Shown here piece by piece: positions 12,901 through 34,347 of a DNA stretch of 64,000 nt. The stretch spans positions 124,001-188,000 of the forward strand of contig NIVC01000173.1 of assembly GCA_002269645.1 (NCBI GenBank). The letters are read 5' to 3'. The stretch's first letter is position 1. The number at the start of each line of letters is the position of its first letter. Position numbers and translations under genes: made by a program. The stretch is from Macrostomum lignano (taxonomy: Eukaryota). The notes below the pieces were generated by a model, which saw nothing but the letters and a program-made list of their open reading frames with translations, was not told where the DNA came from and ran no database searches.

Positions 12901-15900
12901 CTCAGCGTCGCTGCCAGCTACAGAATCTGCGCTGGAATCGGATCTGGCATCCTCTAGATTAGCCAACTGAGCTAGCAGCATCTGTTTCTCCTGTTCCAGC
13001 TTTCTCAACGACATATCCTGGGTGCTGCTGCGACCGGCGGCGACTGCGGCAGCTACCGCCGCTGCGGCCGCATTAGCAGCGGCGGCAACACTTGAAGCAA
13101 CGGCAGCTGCTGAGGATGCCGATTCGTTGCCAATAACAGCATTGGAGACATCTTCTCCAGAGGACAGATTGGAATCGCTGCTGGAATCCCGACGTCTGCT
13201 ACTAGCAGTTGGATGCCCAGCAGCAGCAGCAGCAGCAGTAGTAGTCAAAGCGCTAATTCGATTCGATGACGCGCTGGTGGAACTGATGGGAGCGGCGATT
13301 GAACAGCTGGACGCTATGCTGGCCGTTGTTGCCGGCGGATGCGACACTGTCACTGTCGATGCAACTAACGACGCGGCGCCAACGGAGATATTCGACGCGA
13401 CTAACGAGGAGGCGGTGGACACGGCCAGGGTTGCCACCGAGGCTAAGCCGCGCCGACCAGACGAGGACGTCGCTCTTTCGCCGCCGCCGCCGGAGCCTTT
13501 GCTGGCGCTACGCCGACGCCGAGAGGAATTAGAGGCCAGCCGACTGTTGCTGCGCTCGAGTAGGGATCGAAGATCGCCGCTGCCTAGCGCCGGCCTGACC
13601 GGACTAGACGAAGTCGACGAGTCTGCCGAATGCTTGGCGCCGCCGTGGTGGCTGGTTGGCGACCGGCTTGAGTGACGCCAGCCGCGACCGCCGCCGCCTT
13701 TCTGGCTGCCGCTGCCCGACGGGGAGGAAGTTGCTCCCGGCTGGTGCCGGTTGTAGCCGTGCTGGTGCTGCTGTCTGCGGCTGCTACCACCGCCGCCGCC
13801 GTGCTGACGGCGAGAACTGCTGCTACGGCTGGATTGCGGGCCGCCGCGACCGCCGCCTGGCAGGTAATCGTCGGCGTAGCTCTGATCGGAGTAGGGCGAG
13901 CTGAACTCGTCTTGCCTGCGAGGGGTGTTAGAGGAGACGGCGATTTTAGTGGGATCAATAGCTTCAGTTTAAGCCCGGAGACTGGCCCAGCAACTGAGGA
14001 TCTGAGAGGCTGATGGCCCAGCAACTGAGGATCTGGGAGGCTGATGGCCCAGCAACTGAGGATCTGAGAGGCTGATGGCCCAGCAACTGAGGATCTGAGA
14101 GGCTGATGGCTCAGCAACTGAGGATCTGGGAGGTTGGTCCAGTAACTGGGGATCTGGGGGTGGCGGATGTCACGTTACAAAAATCGTGGTTTAAAGAAAT
14201 TCCTAGACATACCTTCTGAAGTGGTCGCCCGAGCTTTCATAATGGTGATCGCGAAATTTTCTCCAGGACTTGTGATTCGATTTCACATAATCATCCGTAA
14301 TCACCATGTCGGAGCGGTAACGACCTTTGCTGCCGCCTCGGCCGCCAGCACTGCCGCCGCCACCACTGCTGCCGCTGCGACCGTGGACGGCGCCACGATC
14401 GAATTCGGGCGGATAAAGTTGCTCGAATATCCTGTGCAGATGATAAAGCAGATTGACAAAGTTGAAAAGCATGCTTGTAGAGACAAACTTCCTTTAAATC
14501 TAGAGACAAACTCCCTGCAAATCTAGAGACGAATTCTCTGCAAATCTAGAGACGAATTCTCTGCAAATCTAGAGACGAATTCCCTGCAAATCTAGAGACG
14601 AATTCCCTGCAAATCTAGAGACGAATTCCCTGCAAATCTAGAGACGAATTCCCTGCAAATCTAGAGACGAATTCTCTGCAAATCTAGAGACGAATTCCCT
14701 GCAAATCTAGAGACAAATTCCCTGCAATCTAGAGACAAACTAAACTGATATAAAAAGGAAGCAGAAAGCAGAAAAAGAAGCAAGCAAAGCCGGTACTCAC
14801 TTGTAACCGCTGCGACTTTTGCCGCCAGTCCTAGCCAGATCTTCCATGAAATCTCTCTGACACTTTTGGCTAGCAAAGTCGGCTTGCAGTTTCCTGCCGC
14901 AGAGATAACGATTCTTCATCTCCATAAGAGCTTTCTGCGCCTCGTCGGAATGATGAAAATATACTAGAGCTCGTAATCGATTGAAATTTAAGCAAACATT
15001 TCGAACCCGACCGTAAGTTGAGAACGTTTTAGATAGGAATGATTCGCTAACGTTCTCGGACAGATTGCCCAACCAGAGACACTCGGTTGGCGGGGAGCGG
15101 CCGAATCCTAGCTTTGGCTTCTGGCCTTTCAAAGCAACCGTATCTGGCCGTTTCAACACGCCAACAACGCTTTTAATATCGGGAAATTGTACGAAAGCGT
15201 AGGCGCTGCAACTGCTGCCGGTGCTATTGTTGCCGCCAGGACCAGTGTTGCCGGAGCCGCTGTTACTGTTGCTGCTTTGAATTTTGATGTCGATGTCCTG
15301 ATGAAGTTTATTTTAGGGTTTTTATTAAGAAAGTAGATTAAATATTAATCCAGCGTGTTTTGAGTTGAGTCGGAACAAACATTAGCAAGCAGTTGTCTCT
15401 AATAACTGTCTATGGCCAATAGATAGCCATATAGAAATAAGTCAGGCCCATAGACAACTGGAAAGTACAAATTGCTACACGTAAATGAAGAATAACTCGC
15501 AAATTCTTTTCCCACATGTTGTTGTCAGAAGAATTATCAGCAGAGACGAGACAAAAGAACGCGAGTGTACAGTCCCAGACAGTTTACAAAGGACAAATAA
15601 GAAGAAGCAAAAATGCATTTAAGAATGTTAGGCAGATCCAGTTTGTAGCGGAAACTAGAACAATTAACGGAAAATTAGCATCCAGAACTATTGTGGCCTT
15701 ATTATTGGACTAGAAGAATACAGCTAGACAGACCCTGGGGGCATATTGCAGAAATTGCAGTTCAGTTTAGAAACACGACTAAAAAGTTTATTCTACATCT
15801 CATACTCAGGCAATACAGCAGAAGATGGTATGTGTGTAGATGTAGGCTAATAAAACAAACCGTTTATAAGTGTATGAATAATTATAATAACGACAGAGGC

Positions 15901-18900
15901 CTCAATTAAATCCAAATTCTAGAAGTACAATTAAGAAGCCTCCATATTAAAGTTCCACAATAAAAAAGCTAGGCAACAAGAGAAGAGAGAAACGAGATTA
16001 GATGCTCGACCAGGAAGAGACAAAACGCATAGACTATGTTTAGATGCCAGAGAAAGAGGAGAGAGAAGACTGAGATTATGAGATCAGATCCAACGGGGAG
16101 AGGATACTGAGAGGGTGAGATCAGATCCTGTACGGGGAGTGAGGAGACTGAGAGGGTGAGATCAGATCCTGTACGGGGAGAGAGGAACTGAGAGGGTGAG
16201 ATCAGATCCTGTACGGGGAGAAATGAGACAGAGAGGGTGAGATTAGATCCTGTACGGGGAGAAATGAGACTGAGAGGGTGAGATCAGATCCTGTACGGGG
16301 AGTGAGGAGACTGAGAGGGTGAGATCAGATCCTGTACGGGGAGAGAGGAACTGAGAGGGTGAGATCAGATCCTGTACGGGGAGAAATGAGACTGAGAGGG
16401 TGAGATCAGATCCTGTACGGGGAGAAAGGAACTGAGAGGGTGAGATCAGATCCTGTACGGGGAGAAATGAGACTGAGAGGGTGAGATCAGATCCTGTACG
16501 GGGAGAGAGGAACTGAGAGGGTGAGATCATATCATGTACGGGGAGAGAGGAACTGAGAGGGTGAGATTAGATCCTGTACGGGGAGTGAGGAGACTGAGAG
16601 GGTGAGATCAGATCCTGTACGGGGAGAAATGAGACTGAGAGGGTGAGATCAGATCCTGTACGGGGAGAAAGGAACTGAGAGGGTGAGATCAGATCCTGTA
16701 CGGGGAGAGAGGAACTGAGAGGGTGAGATTAGATCCTGTACGGGGAGTGAGGAGACTGAGAGGGTGAGATTAGATCCTGTACGGGGAGAGAGGAACTGAG
16801 AGGGTGAGATCAGATCCTGTACGGGGAGAAATGAGACAGAGGGTGAGATCAGATCCTGTACGGGGAGAAGAGACTGGGAAGGTGAGATGAGATCAGATCC
16901 TACGGGGAGAGAGGAACTAAGAGAGTGACATCAGTCTTGTACGGGGAGAGGAGACTGAGATGGTGAGATGCGACACAAAATAGACAGTTGAGACGGTGAC
17001 TCACCAAAACATTGCCAAACCGAGACAGCGCATCGCGCAAATCGGTTTCCCAGACAGTTTTGGGATCCAGATTGCCTACGAACAGAGTTCGCGTAGCCCT
17101 AGGGTGGTACTCGTCTGGAGACTGAGTCAATAGCAGAGTAGACGAAGAAGTAGAATCGTCGGCTTGAGCTGGCGGCTGCTGCTGCTGCTGCTGATGAGGC
17201 GACGCCACATGGGCGGAATCGGCGGCGCGTTTGACGCTTAAATTGGCGCCGCAATAATTCTTGCCAGCGCGCGTAGTTTCCAGAGCGCGCTCGGCGTCGT
17301 CTGCGCGCCTGTACATAACGGTGGCGTACCTGTCCTCCAGGATGCCGCCGTGCAATTGTACGCCTAATATCCTGCCCAGGCGGCGGAACTCGTGATAGAG
17401 GCCGCTCTGCAGGCTGGCGTCTGGGCGATAGGGGGGCGGCGGGTTGGCGAAATATGAAATTTTACTGATCTCCTCTATGAGTTTCTTGGAGTACACCGAG
17501 TGAGTACAGCTGGAGGGGTACTGAAGGACAGGAGGGTGGCACTGAAGGACAGGAGGGTGGCACTGAAGTGCAGGAGGATGGCACTGAAGAACGGGAGGAT
17601 GGCACTGAAGAACGGGAAGATGGCACTGAAGGACAGGAGGATGGCACTGAAGGACAGGAGGATGGCACTGAAGGACAGGAGGATGGCACTGAAGGGCAGG
17701 AGGATGGCACTGAAGAATGGGAGGATGGCACTGAAGAACGGGAGGATGGCACTGAAGAACGGGAAGATGGCACTGAAGGACAGGAGCATACATGCGCAAC
17801 GTCCAAAATTCGGTCGGCCGTGCGACTTAGTTTTAACAAAAATGCGACGTAGTTTTTGGCCAAAAATGCGACTTACATGTAAAAAAACCCTAAAGCAAAA
17901 TTAACGCAACTTTGGGTAAACGGCGGGAGTAACTATGACTGTCTTATCAGGCAAAAATGCCTCGTCAGCTACTTAGTACTACTGCGTGGGTATTTTTTGG
18001 GTGGGCATTTTTGCGACTTCCTTGGTTGGCTGCCAAATCAGTCGGCCGGATCGGCCGACTCGGCCGACTGTTGCGCATGTATGGACAGGAGGATGGCACT
18101 GAAGGGCAGGAGGATGGCACTGAAGAATGGGAGGATGGCACTGAAGAACGGGAGGATGGCACTGAAGAACGGGAAGATGGCACTGAAGGACAGGAGGATG
18201 GCACTGAAGGACAGGAGGATGGCACTGAAGAACGGGAGGATGGCACTGAAGGACAGGAGGATGGCACTGAAGGGCAGGAGGATGGCACTGAAGAACGGGA
18301 GGATGGCACTGAAGAACGGGAGGATGGCACTGAAGAACGGGAGGATGGCACTGAAGGGCAGGAGGATGGCACTGAAGGGCAGGAGGATGGCACTGAAGGG
18401 CAGGAGGATGGCACTGAAGGATGTGCAGCCTCACCTGACAACCTATCCGGGAGGTTGCAAATCTTCAACGTTCTCGATCTGTTGTCAATATCGACAGCGG
18501 TTGACTCGTTAAGTGCCGCTGTCGGGCTGCCGTCATCCCGCCTGCCGCAGGATTTGCTGGCGCTGCAAGCATGTTAATAAAATAATAAGCATTGTACTGA
18601 TAACATGTACATTAGCGACAAAGAAGAAAGTCTACGTTGAAGAAAATTCTAATTGCAAGGGTCTATCGGGGCTTGGGTTATAAGTGTATACATTAATCTT
18701 AACATAAGCATTCGTGTACATTAATACATGCGAAAGAAGAAGGCATCGCATTAATTCCATCACAGTTTGAAACCCCCATCCACCACCCCACATTCCCCTG
18801 GGCCTAGCATAAGCTTTTGCCATGTCCTCGAGAGTTAAGAGAGAGTCCCTGAGAGATATATACTAATGCATATGCATAACTAGATGCATAAAATATATAT

Positions 18901-21900
18901 AACTAAAGCCCTAAAGCTCCCCCCAAGGCCAAGCTAAAGAATCCCCACCTCAACTGTAGCAGCCTCAGCTCAATCCAAGTAGATGGAAAGTGGAAACGCT
19001 CGAGGGGGTGGAGGGATTGAGGTCGGATGAAGAAGAGGGAGAGAGGCTGGGAGCATTTGGGAACGGACTAGCGGAAACTGTGAAGCCAAGATCTACTAAA
19101 GCATTGCTCCCGCTGCCTCGGCCTCTCGCCGGGCCTCACAAGCCGTGAGCGGTGAGCAGAGGGACAGAGGCCCTGGGGAGGCCACGAGAGAAGCCTACGC
19201 AGATGAGGAAAACAGGGAAAGAAGGGGATGGCGATGGAGAGGGTAAAAAATCGATATTCTTTATTCCCCAAACCCCCCCAGTCCTCTTACTTTACCAGGC
19301 CATGAGGAAATAAGGGGAAGAGAGGGAAGGAGCGCGAGATGGATTGGACAAGGCTTAGGTAGGACTAAAGGCAACTATATACTCTGTATTATAGCCTTAC
19401 TATAGCTTTGAGCCCCGGCGGGGTTGGCTAAGGGGTAAGGGATGGAATGAAAGCAAGGCTGATGGGCGGACTAGGGCTTGCCTGAGCACATTATATATAA
19501 TGTAAAAGCTAGGATTGAGAACAGCCCAGAGTTGCTGGCTTGCTGCATATAAACAGGAGCATGGATTAGCACGCAGATTTTGTACGCGCTAGCCCAACTA
19601 GTAGTTCAGTTATATTTATTATACTTACGCTGATCCTTACTTAAGCTGACTTAAGCTTAAGCTGTATTATACTTAAGCTGACTTATTCTCGTATACTACG
19701 GCTACTACGATACGAGATGAAGAAGGAAGGGAAATGAAGGGGCTAGAGAATAAGTCAGGACTAGCTTGGGAAAGGAGGATGGGAAAATAGCGTGGGCTGG
19801 GCTGAGCTGAGCTTGACGAGAGCAGGGGGGACTCCCAATACATGGTACATTCGCCTGTCTTAACCCACCAACTTCCGCAGTTCCCCCCCAAGGAAGCTGC
19901 TCCTGATTGCAGGCCTCGTAGCTGTGCCTTTTTTCTCAGCAGTAGCCAGATCTGTCTCTGTGTCAGTCCCAGATATTCTCTAATTTTTCGTGTCTGTGAA
20001 ACGCAGCTGTTTCTTAAAGCCTCAGCGCCTGCCAAATTATAAATGAATATTGGTATCAGAAAGAGAGGGAAAGCAGGGGAGAAAAGGTCCACTGAATCCA
20101 TTGAGTAAAGGGTCTGGATTTTTAGCATCAATGTATGCATGAGATATCGCTCAATATCATTACATTATTATTAATAAATTATTCCAGGCAAATAGAACAG
20201 GGAAAGAAATGCGGATTAAGCCTAGGGATTAAGGATTATTTAGCCCCTTCTTAAAAGGTAAAAGCCTTTAGCTCGACAATACGAATGATATATAGTAAAA
20301 TAAAGCCAAAGAGAAACTGATCGTGACGGTCGATTTGTATTGAAAGATATTTTTCTTGCTGAATAACACGTTATTTTTTAAAGAGGAAATTCGGAATCAT
20401 TCTCGCATTTAATACTATAACTAAGGCTAATAGATATATCTCTGTAGCAGCAGATGCGCGGCCATACGCGCGCAACCTTGGGAATCACCCGGCCGTTTCT
20501 ATTGGCAACACACACATGTAAGTCGCTATTGGCTGAGAGCAGTCACGTGACTACTATTCTGTCCAATAGCGACATACACGTGTGTGTTGCCAATAGAAAC
20601 GGCCGAGTGAATCCCAAGGTTGCGCCCAAGCATGGATGCGCCGATGTGAAGATTACACTCAAAGGCAAAGGGGCAATGGGGCATTTATTTCTCTTTTTGC
20701 TCCCCCCCCCCGATTTTTCGTCTGTTCTTGACTCGCTTAACATTTAGAATTCGCCTTAGCAAGCAGACAGCTAGACTATAATTGTCGAACAGCTCCCATG
20801 AGCGTAGCTCAGCTGCAGATTTTCTAAATAATCTCTAGACCAAGTCGGGCAATAATCCCTTCCCCTTACCTCAAGAAAAAAAAGAAAATAATTTCTGAAA
20901 CAAAATGCCATCTTATTACATTTAAAATATACACAGTAATTTTTTTTAACAGTACAACAGATATGGGTTAGACTTTAGACCTACAACTGCGCTTTTAGAT
21001 ATGTTCTGTTAGTTACAAAGAATTGCTGTCAATGCTATAGTTAAAAAAACAGATAATAAATATAGGATAAAAATGAAGACAGCTAAGCTAAATAGAGATT
21101 TCTAAGGCGTGTTAACGGCAGCCCAGAATTGGGAGGGAATTGGCTGGGGTAAAAAATGGGGCCACTGGAAATAGAAAGTAGAAAAAAGAGAAAGAAGCTT
21201 TTTTGGGCTATTGGACTGCAGTTGGGTATAGTAGAGCCTACACAAGAGAGGAAAGACAGGGAAGGAAATGCTTTTTTGGCTTTCCAATTCCAACTAAAAA
21301 CCGCGCATAGTCAGTCAGGCACGCACGTTCGCGCCTTACTTTAATTGTACAGTGTACAGTTTTTACACAAGTCCAACAATTCCAAGGCATACGATATGCA
21401 TTAGATTAGGAAAAAATCTTTCTACACGACGCAACGCCAGTTTTAGAGGGGGAAGGGGGGAATTCTGTGTGTGAACGTTCAAGTTCTGTTCAGGGCTGGG
21501 GCTTGCTATTGCCTAGGTTTAGCAACCCCATACCCCAACTCCCTCAGTCCAAGCCCCAGCACCCCTTTTAACCCAAACGCCTGCCTCCCGCCTATATAAT
21601 CAACATAGCTTGGAAGTTTGGGGCGGGCACGGGGGAATGGGGTGGGGCGTCATAGATAAGGCTTAGTATTAGTTATATATATACGTATAGAATATAGGGT
21701 TATACATATAAAAGGATCCAAGGGGCGTGCGCTGTGTGCGCACAAACCGACAAGCACCCACCCCACTCTACACTGGGGGCTACACAACACACTTAATATT
21801 ATAAGCTTAGTAATGACTGATATGTATAATAGGTTCTATACTATAGGCATGCAAAGACCTGGAGTTGGCGGGGGGGGGGGGGAGAGGGGGGGAGTGGAGT

Positions 21901-23905
21901 GGAAAGGACGGGAAGGGTTTTTAGGGCCAAAAAGGCTTGGCCTGTTTCTCTTTCTCTCTCTCATTCTCGCATTGTGAATGCTTTGTAAACCCCACCCACT
22001 CCTCACTGGCATAGTCCAGTCCAGTCATACATAGCCCTTCCTAACCCCCAACTTAGAATTGTAATATAGTAAAGTAAGGCTTTCTTATTCTCTATAGCAT
22101 ATATGCATACTATATGGTAGAAAAAACGTCACACACACACACACACACACAACAGAACAGGCTAGAGCTCCACAACTTTGAAAACCCAAGTGTAGATAGG
22201 TATACAATAGAATATGAAGAAAGCCAGCCTAGCCAAGGGCTGCCTTAGTATATAAAATATAGGCGCAGGCTAAAACGCGCACACAGAGAACTAGGGGCTT
22301 GTGTCCTGTGCAAAAATGAGTAATAATACGCACGGCCCTTTCCCTTAGTTCTAATTATTATATATTAACAAAGTATTCTATTGTGAATTGCATTGCACTG
22401 CGTGCAAGTTTTCAAAAAAAGAAGCCTTGGTCCAAATGCATACATGAACAAATTAGAACAATACGCACGCCACAACAGTGAGGCATGGGGCTATAATGTA
22501 AGAGCATTTTACACTAAACAACTTAATAAGCCTGCGAAACCAAAGCCTGCTTAGGCAAGTTTTTAGTTCGTTTTTTTTTCAGACTTCTCTGTCTATAGAT
22601 GCATAATATACAACTTAGCGTATTTAAGAATGAAATTAGTAACAGAAACTTATATATAATACATATTCTACTAGAGCTATTAAGAGTGGAAAAATAAATG
22701 CAACAAAAAATCCGTACCTGCTCGGCGGACTGTTATTATTATTAACGCTAGTCGTTGTAGAAGAACCGTTCTCCAACACTGGAAGCCTGCGAATAATGAT
22801 ATTAGATTATTAGAATATTTATAGTTTTCAACTCACAACTTTCTTTCCTCGTCAATCAATAATGAAATAAATTAATCCAATGGCCATCGTATTAACACGC
22901 TCAAGGCTCACTTATCAAATTTGACGCAAGCGGAATCTTTTAATCGTTGCAAACCCGGTTCGCCTGACTGATCGCAATATTCGGACGTCAACGACTGTCC
23001 ATCAAGCAAATGAATGCCTGTGCAAGCTTTAACGGCTGTTTTCGTATCCAGAAATGATAATACTGCTCCTCTAAGTTGGCCGGCCTCGTGAATCTTGGTG
23101 CTCAGAATGCGACCGTAGCTAGAGTAGTGAAAAAGTTGGAATAAAAAGTACAACCAGTTAGTTATTATGAATCGAGATTAAAATAAACAAACATACACAA
23201 TTAAGGTATTAATCCAATGAAAACCTGCACTGCTATTCCTTGTGCTAAGAGAACTGCTTCAGTGTCGGTCTGTCTGTATCTCTGTTTTGAATCCAATGAC
23301 AGATAGGTTTTATAACAAATGAAACACAGAAATTCAGTGAACTGACAAACTCACCACTGACAGCAGCGCCGATAGGGCTCAGCGGATATTTGTTTTTAAA
23401 TAATATATTCCTATTATTAATACTAAGAATCAAGAGCATGCAAATTAAAACGCACGTGATTTTATCTGAAATATCCACTCTCTTAGGCTTAGTCTAGCTT
23501 CAATATCTCTGACCCTGATTTTGAATTTATGGAATGTTTAAAAAAGTACCAAATTTAATATTAACTAACATTCTTCTAAGCCAAGCCCAAAGACAAAGTA
23601 TGTGTGTTACTTATAGCTTAGCTAATGATAAATAAAATTTATTTTCACATAGCCAGTCTACTCGTAACAATTTATAAACTTACTACTGCAATAAACCAAA
23701 TTTTGTTTGAGTTCAAGTTACTCTTTGCAACTATCAAATCAAACATTAAGTCTCTCCCAGTATACTGAAAACTAAATCGATACGATATAAAACTCATTGA
23801 CAGGTCGTGCGGATTAACTTACCTCGAAAACAGATCCGTCAATTTTTTCTGTGTAGCATTTGGCGGTAATTCACTAATCCACAGATAGCGTGTCTCTTCT
23901 TTCAT
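5296..23905 (-). CDS. spen: Split ends / SPEN (SHARP/MINT) transcriptional co-repressor: RRM domains plus C-terminal SPOC, ~3166 aa
   Basis: Exons (minus): 23905-23823, 23118-22912, 22786-22718, 18562-18435, 17420-17005, 15297-14801, 14431-14213, 13915-12806, 12067-5296. All GT-AG, phases consistent, total 9501 nt. N-terminus MKEETRYLWISELP resembles SPEN RRM1. DASLQSGLYHEFRRLG, ATRTLFVGNL and KLGFGRSPPTECLWLGNL resemble RRM2-4. LLRRYPVRWQGKMALKNDEAGVQMHFV is the SPOC domain. Confidence 0.93.
12517..12760. repeat. 21-22 bp minisatellite (ggcgctaaaaccaatgcccagt) in spen intron 8
   Basis: Directly visible tandem array. Confidence 0.9.
13984..14160. repeat. 31-bp minisatellite (gctgatggcccagcaactgaggatctgagag) in spen intron 7
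   Basis: About 5 tandem copies. Confidence 0.9.
14490..14737. repeat. 23-bp minisatellite (ctagagacgaattccctgcaaat) in spen intron 6
   Basis: About 10 tandem copies. Confidence 0.9.
16065..16965. repeat. 40-41 bp minisatellite (gagggtgagatcagatcctgtacggggagagaggaactga) in spen intron 5
   Basis: About 20 near-identical tandem copies. Confidence 0.92.
17787..18083. mobile_element. 297-bp MITE with 14-bp TIR and 8-bp TSD (hAT-like) carrying a 28S rRNA fragment
   Basis: Perfect TIR catacatgcgcaac / gttgcgcatgtatg. TSD gacaggag at 17779-17786 and 18084-18091. Subterminal gtcggccga repeats. Confidence 0.88.
17914..17977 (+). rRNA. 28S (LSU) rRNA-derived fragment, helix 69-71 region; not a functional rRNA gene
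   Basis: gggtaaacggcgggagtaactatgact is a 27/27 match to the conserved eukaryotic LSU sequence. It is followed by aaatgcctcgtca.cta.ttagt. About 53/64 identity by eye. Confidence 0.8.
20463..20634. mobile_element. ~172-bp palindromic MITE in spen intron 3
   Basis: Near-perfect inverted structure centred on gtcacgtgac. Ends are catacgcgcgcaac / gttgcgcccaagcatg. A second copy lies at 33673-33847. Confidence 0.82.
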
Positions 23906-25041
23906 TACACACAATCGAAATAGTCGAATTACTCCTCATATCATAGCATAATCTGAACGGATGAAACACTGATACTGTTAAAAAAACAATCCGCGAAACG
24001 AATTAACAAACTGATTGATGCAGTGAATCCCACTGATCGATCCAAAAATGCAGAGCAGAGGCGCTTTCAACGTAGAATTCTGTTATGCAGTGTAGATGCA
24101 ATTGCAAGCCGTAAAGACGTGGCCCGAGCTCAGGGCAGCCAAGGTTCTTGCTGGGTATATAGAAAAGTCTGCATAGGGCTCGTCGTTTAGCTAATTTGAA
24201 TAGCTCATGGGCCAACCCCACGGTCGATAAGTCCATACCACTTTTTGGGGGGCAGCATGGTTCACGCGCACGAGCGTACTAGCCTACTTTAAATAGTAGG
24301 CAGCTAAAAATATACACACCGATAATTATGCAAAAATGATTTAATTTACCTAGCCGTATCAAAATGGAGAAAAAAGATGGATAGACATAATTTACCAATA
24401 ACTTTCACAAATAACTTGATCGAAGAAAAAATAGACGCACCAAACTATACTGTATATTTTAGAGTTCAAGTACACCCAGCCTTATCGGGCTAAGTATTAG
24501 AAAAATATGCAAAAGTAGATGCAACATGTAGTATTACACGTACACAATAAAACAAACACGAAATCTAAATGTAATACATGCAAAATTTGTTCTCAATCAG
24601 GTAACGCCAGTTTTTACTCCAATTGTGTAATAATGCGAACCTTTAACCGTGCATTTACTTGTGCAAGTTATTCAATTTATGCAATGGACAGCTACTGGAT
24701 ACTACTGAGAATTGAGAGACCTGTCATTTTTGTCAACCGTTATGTTTTCCTGTAGTCTTGACACAGCCAAGTATTATTCAGATTTATACGTTACTTTGTG
24801 AAAATTTGGCAATAAAAATGTACAGTAGTAAAATTTTTAGGATAGCATAAAAATAATCTACAGAAACGACACCTACTTATAGTACTTAAATTTAAACGCA
24901 TTAAAAAGTTAAATAAAAATATAATCCATAATCACTGAGAAAAAACACTATAAAAGAATTCCTTTTACCGACATAGCCATACACTTGTTTAATATCAAAT
25001 AGTTTTGCCAACAATCTATACGACACAATCAAAAGTACAAA

Positions 25042-34347
<9,306 letters not shown>

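Larger units (their letters stand above)
17515..18420. repeat. 21-bp minisatellite (ggcactgaaggacaggaggat) in spen intron 4, interrupted by a MITE
   Basis: Tandem array on both sides of 17787-18083. It explains the repetitive ORFs in the track. Confidence 0.92.

Noticed and set aside
5800-14100. Many plus-strand and alternate-frame ORFs over spen (e.g. 8285-8851, 13022-13675)
   Set aside because: These are shadow ORFs of GC-rich trinucleotide-repeat coding sequence with no domain signal.
19673-20140. 155-aa ORF with LGLTQRQIW (homeodomain-like) and GLQSGAAS (tyrosine-recombinase-like) words
   Set aside because: Key residues (WFQNRR; HSLR...GRW) are missing. It is too weak to call either way.
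24109-24120. ccgtaaagacg resembling the start of a flatworm spliced leader
   Set aside because: Only ~11 nt match, with no downstream SL exon, donor or Sm site.
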